Assembly (NCBI GenBank): GCA_951406725.2
Contig: OX597824.1
Coordinates: 34,534,001-34,598,000, forward strand
Direction of reading: 5' to 3'
Length of the DNA stretch: 64,000 nt
DNA from: Octopus vulgaris
Lineage: Eukaryota
This document shows positions 1 through 13,359 of this stretch, in pieces; position 1 is the first letter of the stretch; each line of letters opens with the position of its first letter. A program made the translations under genes and the position numbers. The notes beneath the pieces were generated by a model that worked only from the letters and a program-made list of their open reading frames with translations, was not told the DNA's origin and ran no database searches.

Positions 1-417
1 AAGTAAAAGAGAGAGAGAGTATCCCATACAAAATTGATAATAGAGGCCACTGTGCAAATTTCAAAGAATCTGATAGGTTTGTTAGACTCTTCATTATAAA
101 TATTTCCAACTCAGTTTGAGACTTCCATCACCATAATAGTATAAAAGGAATGTAACATAAAAATTACAATGAGCTCAGTTCTTATACTGAGCTGTACAAA
201 GAGATGATACATCATAAACATCAAACAACTTCAGGTAAGTTCTTCATCCCTCAAGCTAAATATCTGATAAACTACAAAATAATAACATTCATACCACTAC
301 CACCCATCACCCAGTAGCTAACATTTTTGTGGTGAGGACATACTCTTACGATATTATAATTCTTATTAATTGCCTAAAGTATTACCCTTGAGTTGTTTTT
401 GTGTTTTTATGTATCTA

Positions 418-802
418 CTAGCAGTATCGCCCGGCGTTGCTCGGATTTGTAAGGGAAATAACTATAAAGCATTTTTAGAGAGTTATAGCCAAAAAATAGC
501 AAAAAAATGGAAAAAAAATTATGGTAAATTTTTGTTTGAGAGTTAAAAAGGTCGAGTCGCGTCCCCTAGACAGTCTGTGGTTTGTGTTTCTGATTCTCGA
601 CCCCATGTCGAATTTATAGATTTTTTTCAGAACTGGGTGAACTTTTCAAAATTTTCGCTACGTTAGTTTTGAATTATGACATTGGGCTATGTGTGTGTCA
701 AGTTTCATCAGAATCGGTTGAAAGCCGTGGTCAGGGTGAGGGTACAACCTGACAGACACACAGACACACACACAGACAAACTGCCGTTTATATACAGAGA
801 GA
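418..802 (-). mobile_element. Non-autonomous Helitron
   Basis: On the minus strand: A|TC start with TATATAAA and (GTCT/GT) microsatellite, subterminal hairpin ccgagcaacgccggg, end CTAG|T, no TSD. Confidence 0.75.
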
Positions 803-1261
803 TATTGTACTCTGTGTGTTTAGAATTAGTTATTTTTATGTATAAAAGTGGTCATGCTGCATGTTCTCTGTTATTTTCTTGTGCTTCTGTTTATCTCTAT
901 CTTTTCACCCCGTAAATATTCGTAGGAATGCAATCTCACTTGATAATATGAAAATCAATAGGAAAATTAATTTTGCATTACAGCTAAGTTTCTAGGAATG
1001 CATTAGTTCCATAAAGCAAGGAATTTCTGTCTATATATATAATGTTGTGTCTAAAGAGAGTCATTATGTCAATATAAGTAACATACACACTGGTACAACT
1101 CCACTCCTTTACTTTGTTATTAGTCAATTGGGAAAATATTGGTTAAAAATACTAATAATGAAGGAAAGGATTGAAATTGAATCAGTGTGTGTGTGTGTTA
1201 ATTATATTGGCATAATGACTCTCACTAGACAAAAGGATCTTGCAAACCAGATACAAAAATG

Positions 1262-1278
1262 AAATGTATATGTATATG

Positions 1279-1310
<32 letters not shown>

Positions 1311-1427
1311 TGTATGTATGTATGTATGTATGTATGTATGTATGTATGTATGTGTGTATGTGTATATGTATATATATATATATATACACTTATATATATA
1401 AGTATGTATGTGTGTATGTATATATAA

Positions 1428-1459
<32 letters not shown>

Positions 1460-1462
1460 GTA

Positions 1463-1547
<85 letters not shown>

Positions 1548-1562
1548 GTATATATATATATA
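1262..1562. repeat. Compound (TATG)n/(TA)n/(CA)n microsatellite
   Basis: Directly visible. Confidence 0.95.
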
Positions 1563-2329
1563 CAGGAATTCTTCACATTAGTAGGTAATGCATTCCTAAA
1601 ACTTTGGCTGAAAACAAAATTTCATGTGTGTGTGTGTGTGTGTAAATCATCTAAGAGTCCATAAGTCAGGAAAAAATGCACTTGTATATTTGTCAACAGA
1701 GTGGGTATATTTATCCAAAGAGTACAGTATCATATATCCATTACAGCCAATTCTTATCAATCAGTTTCATGCTAGGGATTCAACAGAATCTTTAATAGCG
1801 GACACTTACCCAATGTACCACACAATTTGATACTGAACCCACAACCAAGTGGTTGAAATGCAAACTGTTTAACCACACAGCTACACATTTTCAAAAATAT
1901 TTTAATCTGTTTTTCAGTGTGCAAATCATTTCCTACTGTTTGTGGTTTTGCCATTTTAACAATGGTTAAACCGTCAGCAGTAATTTTTTTGTATTGTTTT
2001 TAATTCTGATGAATTGTAACTTAGATGATGTGGGGGACATTGAAAAAATGTTAAAAAGGAAGGGAGCAATAGTTTAAAAAAATTGAGTAGCATTGTTTGA
2101 GAAGACACTGTTCTTTGTTACAATTAATCATCACTATCATCTTATCTTATCTTCTTCCTGGCTACTAACACCCACCTTTATATAACACAGGGTAGCCATA
2201 TATTTTGTCTAAAGCAAGATTCCTGTACTTGTTTCTTTATCATACTCTAGCTTCTCAACACCATGCATAAACACCCCTCCCTCGTACTCCCTTCACATAT
2301 GCACACTTTGTCAAGTGGGGTTTTACTTT

Positions 2330-2551
2330 TACCTGTCTTGTAACTTACTAGGTAACCCCGTTAGTACCAGTGGTATGAAAATAAATCACCCAATTCACAC
2401 TGTAAAGTGGTTGGCATTAGGGAGGGCATCCAACCATAGAAACCATGCCAAAGCAAGCATTGGAGCTTGATGCAGCTCTGCAATTCACCAGATCCTGTCA
2501 AACCCTTCAACCCATGCCAGCATGGAAAATGAACATTAAACGACAATGATG
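2330..2551 (+). mobile_element. SINE family C fragment (ggttggcattaggaagggcatccag...catggaaaa..gacattaaa(gat)n)
   Basis: Same body and (GAT)n tail as copies at 3925-4096, 10052-10198, 12270-12460, 37090-37460, 42560-42695, 48380-49292, 56717-57250, 63116-63500. Confidence 0.7.
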
Positions 2552-2559
2552 GTGAAGTT

Positions 2560-3860
2560 TGAGATTTGGAAATGCTTTGTCAAAATTCTCAAAAGTAATC
2601 TACATAAATTGATATCAAAGGGGAGGAGAGTGGGAAGGGGTGTGCAGATCAGATATTTGTAGTAAGGCAGATGTATGAGAAGTTTTTGGCAAAAGAGAGG
2701 GATGTATATTGGGCCTTTATGGACATGGGAATAGGGATGCAATGTGACAGGTGTTGCAGGTGTATGGAGTAGATGGTAGATTGTTGAGAGCTGTACAGAG
2801 TTCCTATAAAGAAAGTAGGGTGTACGTTTGGGTGAGTGGTGAAGTTAGTGAGTAGTTTGATGTGAAAGTGGGGGTTAAGACAGTGTTGTGTGATGTTTCC
2901 GTGGCTGTTTGATCTATATATTGATGGTGTGGTGAGAGAGGTGAATGCTAGAACCTTTGGTAAGGGAGCCCAAATGGTAGGAGAAATTGCAGAGAAATTG
3001 CAGGTAAGTCAGTTGTTGTTTGCTGATGATACAGCACTGGTGGCAGATTCGGAAGAGCAACTGAGGAGAATGGTGGTAGAGTTTAGAAGAGTGTGTGAAA
3101 GGAGGAGACTGAAAGTGAATGTAGCTAAGAGTAAGGTGATGAGATGTTCAAGAGATGGAATAGCTGGTAGGGTGAATGCGAGTATAAATGGTGAGATGTT
3201 AGAGGAGGTGAGTGTTTTCGAGTATCTGGGATCCCATGTGATTGCAGATGGGGGAGTTGGCTGAGGAAGTGGGATATAGAGTGAGGGAGGAGAGTAACAT
3301 AGTTGGAGTTGTGAAAGATAAAAGGTTGAATATGAAAGTAAAAAGAGGTGTGTATGAGGGTGTGATTGTGTTGACAATGTTATATGGTGCAGAGACGTGG
3401 GGTTGAGAGAAGCAGAAAGAAGGTGACTAGATGTGTTTGAGATAAGATGGATGAGGGGTGGATGGTAAGGTGGGTGATGAAGGTAGAAATGGTAGGGAGC
3501 AAAACCTGAAGCAGACTTTGTTTTCTGTGGATGGAGGGAGTGAGGAAAGCTTTGGTGGCTAGAGGTGCAGGTGTGAGAAAGGCAAGCGGGTTTATAAACG
3601 ATAGGAAAGCTTGGAGAGTGTTTGTGGATGGATGAGTGAATTGATGTTGTTCAAAGGGGTATGAAACCAGCATGATGTGGCAGGGGTAAACCAGCATATG
3701 CTGTTGGGCCCCAGTGGTGATGTCGGAGGTTGCGTTCAATGCCTTTACCCAAGCATAGAACAGGGCTCACCTCTTTGAGCTGGGAAATGAATGGAATGCC
3801 TGGTGTGCGTCTTGTTGGGGCTACCCCTCGTATGGGGAATTTAGGCCTTGGTATATATAA
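2560..3860 (+). mobile_element. RTE-clade LINE 3' fragment (RT pseudogene + 3' UTR)
   Basis: Translation PWLFDLYIDGVVRE..LLFADDTALVADSEEQL..LKVNVAKSKVM..FEYLGS, with stops and frameshifts on both sides. Confidence 0.85.
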
Positions 3861-4173
3861 AACAAAACCATAGTGTAACCTCAACACTTTGGCAATAATT
3901 AAATCTAAGGTTTTATAAACACAGGCTGGCATTAGGAAGGGCATCAAGCTGTAGAAACCATGCAAAAACTGACAACTGGAGCCTGGTGCAGCACCTGGCA
4001 TTACCAGCTCCTGTCAAACAGTCCAATCCATGCTGGCATAGAAAACAGACAATAAATGATGGTGGTGGTGGTGGTGGTGATGATGATGATGATGATGAGG
4101 AGGAGGAGGAGGAGGAGGAGGAGCATACAAGTATCACTTTGTTAGCATTATAATAGCCAACTAAATTAATCCC

Positions 4174-4229
<56 letters not shown>

Positions 4230-5893
4230 TTATTTTATGAATCCATGAAGGATGACAGGAGAAAATAGAAAATAGAAAATAAGTGTGAGTTTGGTTTTCC
4301 ATCATAACAGTATTTTCACTAACACTTTGAATGTTTCATCTCTCTGCAGTGGTTTGTAAGATGTGTGAAGGTCATCTAAACACCGTCTCTGAACTAGTTA
4401 TATCTGAGAAGTGGTTTATTTTAAAACTTCTGTTTGGTTTTACTTTAATAAAATTTAGAAATAAGTAGCAGCAGTCACTATTGTTCTTGTTCTGGCCTAA
4501 ATAAACAAAGTTGCTATGAGAGCACATGAGTGATTATTATTTTAAGGAAAGTTGACAATGAGAAGTTTTAATATCAAGAGAGATAAAAAAAAAATAGAAA
4601 TAAAAAAACAGTTCAGCACACTTATTCCTTATCCTTCTCCTGTTACCTGGTAATAATATCAAAGACTCAGATTTAAACTTAGCTCTGCAAACTAAAGAAG
4701 TATTCTAGGAAACCTATTTAATGTTGAAAGAATTCAAATTCAGGGCCTTATAACTGATGTATTAACATTCTATCAATATTGTAACACTCCTTGATACGTC
4801 ATTTAATCTTGGAAACAACTATCTTGTTGTCTTTAGAATCATTAAAACACCCATTCTTTTTTGAAAAGCATGTAAAAAGATATATTCTAGCAATAGAGGT
4901 TAGATATACAATGGAAAATCCTATGACAATAAAACATTTCGTTGTATTTTATGAACATCCTGTTAAATGGAAATTCCTGTAGTTGATTACTTAGCAATGG
5001 GCTTGAGGTTTTTTGATGGAGATAAGTAAAAAAAAATGACGACATTGTAAGACAATCCCGAAAATTTAAATAAATTATATTTTCAATATTATTAACATTT
5101 TCATTAGGTACAAGAAAACAGATTACTGCCATGTTGTTGCATTCATTCTTTTCCCAACAACTTTACTGAAAAAAGAAAGTAACATTTCTTCAAGTGTTTA
5201 TCAAGTACAAGTTCCGAAGTCAGTACCAATATAAGTATTTTGTGTCAGTTGCTCTCTTTTCTCCTCATAAATATTTCTTTTGTTTTCTTATTTGAGAAAT
5301 GACAAATTTCAGAGTGGAAGAATAAAATAGATTAAATATAATTTCAGTTTTTTAATTGCATTCATTATATGAAACCAAGTTTGTTGGATTTTAATTTGAA
5401 ACGAAGACACCAACAAATATTTAGTCTAAAAGTACTTTGACTGATAATAAATATCTGAGCAAGGTATAAACAGTAGCTGCATGACATTGTGAAGTTTATT
5501 TTCCACCTAAATGTGGCTAACCCTTAAGGGTTGATGCTACTGTAACTTGTAGCCCAGAAAGACATCTCCTCCAGCTAGCTATTGACACACTTTCTGTGCC
5601 CTATCAGTATTTGCAAAGGGAAGTCATCGGTCCCATCTCCAGCCTGACACGATACACACAGACCCAAGTTTCTGAGTATTTACCCGTTATCAGTGTGTGA
5701 CAATCACCAGCTTTCTCTTAATAATATATCAGTGATAATTCTTGACAATTAGACTTAGATACAATGGCTGTGGTAAACTAATCTACCAGTCAGTGGTTTC
5801 TGTAGATTTATGAGAAATGAGCCAGCCAGAAACTCAGTCCATGTTTTGATAAGTCTATGATCTGTGAAGATGATGACAATATGGTTTTATAGT

Positions 5894-7822
5894 TTTTGCA
5901 ATCAGCTACAATATAGCTAAATGGATTTGAAACCAAATTCTACATTTTTATGAATTGTCAAACAAATTTCTGGTGTATTATTTTATCCTCTCTGCACTTG
6001 GAGATTAATGAGAATGAGTTGACCTCTTGATCTTTCTCTGGTCATGGAAGGGTCAAGACAGATAATTCCAGTGAATCTATTGTCCTCATTGACCTACTTT
6101 AATTAGCATTGATCTACTTTAAATACACAAGCAATTTAGCTATCTCTCTGTTTTTGGCTGGTTGCAGCCTGGGTAAGGAGTGAGCCTTCTTGCTATGTGT
6201 GTGAATGTATTATTTATCATTTCTATCTTTCTACATTCCTTTTATTCTGTCTTTCTCTAATAGTAACAGACATGAAACTGTCTTTCATATAGAATGAACT
6301 ACAGACCCACGGAATATATTTTACTGCAACAATTAATTATACGTCATTAATTATAATATATTGCAACAGCTAATATTATAATCAACTTAATACATGGCTG
6401 TCTTCATAATTCTTATTGTTCTGTTCTTTAATCAATTCTTCAATGCATCATTTTAATTTAAATCACTGTCGTTACATTTTAGTGACTGCCGACTCAAGAA
6501 CTCAAGCCTTCTAAACCAATTGCAATCTGTTGTTACAGGTAGCAGCTTTCTACCCCAGATTCAAGAATTACACACCTAAAACAGTTGCACTAATTTCATC
6601 CTCCTTGGCATTCTGTCAGTTGTGATGACGAGGGTTCCAGTTGATCCGATCAATGGAACAGTCTGCTCATGAAATTAACGTGCAAGTGGCTAAGCACTCC
6701 ACAGACACATGTACTCTTAATGTAGTTCTCAGGGAGATTCAGTTTGACACAGCCCTTTGAAAATACAGGTACAACAGAAATAAGAAGAGAGTGTGAGAGA
6801 AAGTTGTGAGAAAAGAGTATTGCAGGGTTCGCCACCACCCTAATTTCATCACAGGTTGATACACAGAAATTGTTACGTTTGACTTAAAGGAATTACAGCC
6901 TTCTCTTCAACCAAACATGCAATTTTCTATGATTGGAGTTGAAGCTTTTTAACAGTTAAATCCTGCTTTTAAAAACCAATGTGCACCTGTCTTAACATGA
7001 AATGCACAGACTCCAATTAGCTACAAGCCTCCAACTAATAAACAAAGCAACATGCACTCTGATTGAATTCCATGGTTCCATGCCAAAATCCCGCAGACAA
7101 CTTTTATCTGGCCACAACACAAATATTATCTACCAAGACAATGCAGCTAATTGCCATGCACTCCGCAGAATAGCCAAATTACATCCCTGCATATTTCTCC
7201 AGGACAGGACCAACAACTTAAACTGCAACTGAAACTGCAAATACAGAGAAATAACTGCTGTTCATGCAAACATCACTGGACTTATGGAAGCCCATAAACT
7301 CTACTTTTTCGACAGCCACACATTTTTCATCTTGAATCCCAAGGTACAAATCCTGCATCTTTCTGGCATTCTTCCACATATTTTGCATACATAAACTGTC
7401 AAGAATGTTTTTTCCCCTTTGCATGTACCTATTCTTTTCTTACATTTCAGCACTAGCTTTTTAGTAAAGGATGCTCTTCCCGTCAAGTTTGTTATTTGAT
7501 TTTTCTTTCCTTCGTTTAAACTATTTTGTACTGTTTACTATGCTGTCTGCATTGCAAACTTTTATTTGTTACACGTTAGCATGTTTATTCTGCGATGTCT
7601 CATTTTCCTTGAGAACTCATTTTCCATGAAGACTCAATTCCACAAAGAGATTCACATGCATTCATATTATTTTTATAATGTATTTTTCTTATTGGTTGCT
7701 TGTATTGCCCATTTCATGCATACATATTGTTTGATGTATTTTCATTGCATGATTTTCACAATGTTTTCTTTGCACCTTTCACAGATTTACTTATTTTTCC
7801 ACAGGTTGATCAGACTTTTCAC

Positions 7823-7873
<51 letters not shown>

Positions 7874-9162
7874 GTTCATATATGCATGCATACTTGCACA
7901 TAGTTACACACTCGCACCACAATATTGTGCCTTTATTGACATGCTTTTCCATGTTTGTACCTAGTATGTATGTTTGATTATGCTCTCTGCACCCTTGTTT
8001 CTAGACACAACATCACTCTGTAAGATCCTCAAGTTGGCCACAGTATAAAGACAAAAAGTTTGCCTGTCTTTCCCAATGCACCAGCAAGTCACTTGCCCTC
8101 AGGACCAGACTCACTTGGCCTCTCTACTGAGTGCCAGAGGCAGTTGGCTTCTGAACCTTTTTTTAAGGCACTTAACACAGCATGCACAGTTCTGCCTGAA
8201 AATTTTCAAATTATATCTACACTCTCTCACCCCAGTGCCTTTCACTGAAAGTATACAGCTTCACCTTTCTTTTGCATATGTATACACAATCCATTACTGA
8301 ATCGCATGCATGCACACTTAACACTGTCCAAAGCCAAAGTCCAGACTGTACTTTTTGCACGCAAAAAGATATTGAACTATTCAGACCCATTCAAATAGAT
8401 TTTTGTTCCATGTGCATCACCTCAGTTTCTTTCTCCTGATACCCATGATTTTTCTTGACCTGGCATCAGATCAGTCTATACCCTCACAATTTTGAACATT
8501 CTTCAATTTGTGCATAGTGCACATGCCTGCAATTTTTCCCAGTATTGATCCTAGGTCTTTGACAAATTATGTGGGAGGAAGAGTGATTTAGCAACCAGCT
8601 TACAGCATAGCTAAGTGGAGTCTTGAATCCACATTTTTATTAGTTGTCAAACAAATTTCTGGTCTATTGTCTTCTTCTCTCTGCTATTTGGAGATTAATG
8701 AGAATGAGTTGATCTCTTGATCTTTCTCTTGTTGCAGAAGGGTCAAGACAAATAATTCTGGTAGAATTTATTGTTCTCAGTTGATGTACTTTACTTAGCA
8801 AACCTAAAAACTCAAGCAATTTACCCATCTCTCTCTTTTTGGCTGGCCACAGCCTGGGTAAGGAATGAACTTTCTTACTATGCAAGTGAACATAGACTTC
8901 TTATCATTTGTGTCTTTCCGCATTCCCTTTATTCTGTCTTTCTCTAGTAGTAGTAGACTAGCTATCATACAGAATGGACCACAGATCCATGGAGTATAGT
9001 TTACTGCAACAATGTGTACTCACAACAATGTAAGGATATCATAAATTTTTGTAACAACCAATATTACAATCTGTTTGAAAAATGGTCATGTTCATAATTA
9101 ATAGTTTTGTTCTTTAATCATTTCTCAGGTACATCATTTTCATTTAAATCATTGTTGTTACA
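5894..9162 (+). mobile_element. Decayed Gypsy-type LTR retrotransposon (LTRs 5894-6476 and 8587-9162)
   Basis: Two diverged ~580-bp direct repeats ending in GTTACA; PBS-like ttttagtgactgccgac at 6477; polypurine tract gggaggaagagtga at 8573-8586; degenerate gag knuckle-like CKHHWTYG..RQPHIF near 7265. Confidence 0.6.
6601..6840 (-). mobile_element. SINE family D, 5'-truncated, inserted in the Gypsy element
   Basis: Matches the 3' half of 39321-39709; flanked by direct repeat TAATTTCATC (6591-6600 / 6841-6850). Confidence 0.8.
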
Positions 9163-9591
9163 TTTTGGTGACATCATCATCATATAGTCATTAGCCATCA
9201 ACTTTATACACCCTGTCTAAATATTATTGTCCTTTTATGGTTGGTAAATGTCCACTTTGTAATAACAGAGTAACTTTAGTATCACTTCTTTTATTTATTT
9301 AATTAATGCCTTGCATACATTTTTTTTTATATTTGTAAGAGTGGCATTTCTTATTTGTTAGAACAAGGGTCTACATTGCTGGGTCCTTTACTACTGCTAA
9401 CATTCTGTTATTCCAGCTCATTGAGTTTTAGTACATCTATCCTTGTTTACCCTTGATTCATTTATCACTGATCTGGGATAACAATTCATTGTGAACTGTG
9501 AAATGCTTATTATGGATTAATTTGTGATAACACAGGTTAGTGGTTAATCAAAGATTCTGCTTGGACCATAAAAATGCACCTCAGCAATCAT

Positions 9592-9953
9592 ACACAGTTC
9601 TCAGTTACCCAGAATGTACTGACTAGCACTTGTGCTAACGTGACTGTACCATGAGGCTGCATATTTTTCTACAGATTTACATACTAATAGGACATCAACA
9701 CAGGATCAGCAAACATGAAAAATATGAAAGCACCACTCTGATGCTAACAAATGATGCAGATGAGTGTACTCTTTATAGGAAAAGGAAGAGATGATAAAAA
9801 AATGCATGACTTTGAAAGTTTTTCGGCTGTGGGCGACAAGTTTGGTGTCAATGAATCTTCTATTTGTTTTATTTATAAACTGCGTGGAGATTATTAATTT
9901 ATGACTGTATTATTTGGAACCAATCCCTTTCAGTAAATGAGGATAGTCAGTGT
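9592..9953 (+). mobile_element. pogo/Tigger-like DNA transposon relic
   Basis: Short translation AVGDKFGVNESSICFIYK resembles the N-terminal HTH of Tigger transposases. Confidence 0.45.
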
Positions 9954-11186
9954 GAATAAGTTTTATCAGTTGTGCTGTGAGGAATTAAGTTCAAGAACTT
10001 TGAATGTTGGTAACAATTGTCAATTTTTATTAAAGATTTGAAATCAATATTATCATCATCATCATCATCATCATCATCGTTTAACGTCCGTTTTCCATGC
10101 TAGCATGGGTTGGACGGTTCGACCGGGGTCTGGGAAGCCAGAAGGCTGCACCAGGCTCCAGTCTGATCTGGCAGTGTTTCTACAGCTGGATACCCTTCAA
10201 AATTCATAATAAAAAGCTCATTAACAATAACTCTTTTTGGAGTTTCTTTTGACAGAAGTAAATGAAAAGGGTCTTATTTGTAAAGATTGGGATGTGGTTT
10301 ATGAAAAGTTTGATCTTGAAAGTCCCTATTTATCTAAGAATAATTCCCATTGTTTTATCGTTGTTTTAACATCCACTTATCCATGCTTGCATGAGTCAGA
10401 TGGAAGTAGATTTTTCTATGCCCCCAATGCCCTTCCTACCACCAATCTTCACCTGTTTCCAAGTAAGGTAAGGTTTCCTTGTGGACCAGACATGCTTTCA
10501 CAGAGGGTTGGAAACAAAGGACACAGTTTGCATTACAGTGACACTTGCTTACAACTATTATGTGATATTGAAGCAAGGAGACAATAATACATGCACACAC
10601 AATCACACATACTTGTATACATATAATGGGCTTCCTTCAGTTTCCATCTATCAAATCCGCTCACATGGTTTTGGCTGGTTCTTGGCCCAGAACGATGTGG
10701 TTGAGGAGTAAACTTTCTTACCACACAGCCACACCTGTACCGTATAAGGAATATAAAGAAAACTGGTCAAGATACAGTATTAAGTGGAATTAGACTTTTT
10801 AAAGAATATCTACACTAACAATAAGCTGTTTTCAAAAGGCATGTTGATAAATATATTTATGTAATACAAGCAAGTAGTTATATGTGTGAATTTATTGCAA
10901 AGGAAACCATTAAAGAAGTTTCTTGGAGAGTATGTAGGTTGTATAAATTTAAAAACTGGAAAAAGTCAGATTGAGGGTTTTAATTTTTGAAGAGATAAAA
11001 TGTCAAGGATGATGTTATTCAAGAATCAGTGAAACAAAAACAGCATCAAGAATTTGGAGATATAATGAAATAACAGACATACTTAAATAATGGCACAGTC
11101 AGCTATTTTTGTGACTGGGAAAATGACAGTCCTTTCAATAAGACAAAATTTACTTGTACAAAATCAATGCATGAAACTACTAGAGA

Positions 11187-11392
11187 TACTCTTTTACTTG
11201 TTTCAGTCATTTGACTGCGGCCATGCTGGAGCACCGCCTTTAATCGAGCAACTTGACCCCGGGACTTATTCTTTGTAAGCCCAGTACTTATTCTATCGGT
11301 CTCTTTTGCCGAACCGCTAAGTGACGTAAACACACCAGCATCGGTTGTCAAGCAATGCTAGGGGGATAAACACAGACACACAAACACACACA

Positions 11393-11428
<36 letters not shown>

Positions 11429-11551
11429 CGACGGGCTTCTTTCAGTTTCTGTCTACCAAATCCACTCACAAAGCTTTGGTCGGCCTGAGGCTATAGTAGA
11501 AGACACTTGCCCAAGGTGCCACGCAGTAGGACTGAACCCGGAACCATGTGG
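11187..11551 (-). mobile_element. SINE family A (tRNA-derived, internal (TA)n, AAAAGAGT tail)
   Basis: Near-identical to copies at 21456, 34641, 45264, 50488, 58862 and 60821. Confidence 0.9.
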
Positions 11552-12993
11552 CTGAAAATAATTTTTTCTGAGTCTAAGTAATTTTGATTTAATCTACAAA
11601 AAATTTATGTGCATGGTTATGGGCGGTGCACTGTCTTTGGTAAGATAACTGTAGGGATGAGATGAACCTGAAGGAAAGGGCTGTGACATCCGACTGAGGG
11701 GTTCCACCAGAATAGGAAGGCAGAGAAAGTGAAGGAAGCAAGACCAGGGTCGTCCTCTTTTCAGCCAGGGGCAGTGGTGGTGAATAGACATGAGTGGATG
11801 AGCAAGTGTGCAGGGATTGGTAGTAGCGGCTGCTATCGTTAGGTAAGATGGGTAGAGCATGTGTTTGGACTTAACACAGCTGGACAGCCAACGAGAGGTA
11901 GGTGAACCATATTTTATTCCCTGCATTACAGTTCCCTCATACCACAATAACAATAAGTACTTGCTACTTAAAATCAAGAAAGAATTGTTGAGCCATCAAC
12001 TAGATTCTAAAACCTTATCACATTCTCTTAGATAACAATGTTATAAAAATGGTAATTAAATTATTTAAAAATAAAGAATTGAACAATGGAAAATGAAAAG
12101 ACATTTTGAAAGATTTTGGAGTAGAATATGGTATTTTTTTTTTTAGATTAACATACAACAAAAGGAACCCATTCAAATTCCTTCTTTCGTATTCCCTAGC
12201 ATAAATCCACATCTCTCTTTACTGTACTCTCACTCAGTTAAAGGGGATCTTAGTTTAACGAGCTACCTAGTAACTTCCTGGTGCAGGTACTATGAAAAAA
12301 GCACTCAGTACACTTTGTAAAGTGACAGGCATTAGGAAGGGCATTCAATGCTAGAAACTAAGCCAAAGCTGACATTGGGGCCTGATGCAGTCCTTCGACC
12401 CATCCGGTCCTATCACACCATCCAACCCATACCAGCACAAAAGATGGATGTTAAATCCTAATAATGACAATTATGATGGTGACTTGAAACTTTATTTGAG
12501 AAAAACAAAAGGCATATGTTCAAGTACTATTTTGAGCTGAAAGTGACAGTATATATTTTTATGGATTCATATGGATACTCTTCCTGTCACCAATGCTCAC
12601 TTTTTTCTAAGTAAGCTGATATGTTCTCATGGCCAGACATGTTTTCACAGAAGATTGCAAATGAAGGACACTGCTTATATGATGGTTGTCTAAGTGGACT
12701 GGAGCAATGTGAAATGAAGTGTTTTGCTCAAAATCAAAATGCATTACCTGGTCCAGGAATTGAAACCATGATCTTGCAGTCATGATGCCATGCACCTTCA
12801 TTTTTCCATATTAAATTCAAGATGTATGATATGACATCTTTGGTGTCATATCATATATCCAGAGATTCTTATAGATTTGCAATCTCCACCCTGTAAAAAA
12901 GTTTCTACCCTTGTTATAAAGTAAGCTTAAAATTGTTTTATAAAATGAATTTTATATGCATTATTTACATTGTCCTCATCTTGTTTTGTTGTT

Positions 12994-13039
12994 AACACAA
13001 CGTTTTGGCTGATGTATTCTCCAGCTTTCATCAGGTGTC
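12994..13039 (-). ncRNA. Second (inverted) minimal hammerhead-like motif (degenerate)
   Basis: Reverse complement GACAC-CUGAUGA-A-AGCUG[loop]CAGCC-AAAA-CGUU-GUGUU. Confidence 0.55.
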
Positions 13040-13086
13040 TTGGGGAAATTTCGAACCTGGGTTCTCATTCGTAAGGTATTTTTCGA

Positions 13087-13124
<38 letters not shown>

Positions 13125-13266
13125 TCACTGCTTCGAATCGAATTCGGAATCGTAGGGTTAGTAGCCCGTGTTCTTAACCACTATGCTATATGCCTGAGCA
13201 AAAGGCATAGTGGTTAAGAGCACGGGCTACTAACCTCAAGATTCTGAGTTCAATTTCAAGCAGTGA

Positions 13267-13304
<38 letters not shown>

Positions 13305-13313
13305 TTTCCCCAA

Positions 13314-13359
13314 GACACCTGATGAAGGCTGGAGGATACATCAGCCAAAACGTTGTGTT
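13314..13359 (+). ncRNA. Minimal type I hammerhead ribozyme-like motif (degenerate)
   Basis: GACAC-CUGAUGA-A-GGCUG[loop]CAGCC-AAAA-CG-UU-GUGUU. Stems I and II and the palindromic ACGU stem III are present; core GAAA reads AAAA. Confidence 0.6.

Noticed and set aside
1182-1664. [12 protein letters not shown]-rich ORFs (also 19615-20253 and others)
   Set aside because: Translations of (TA)n/(CA)n microsatellites, not genes.
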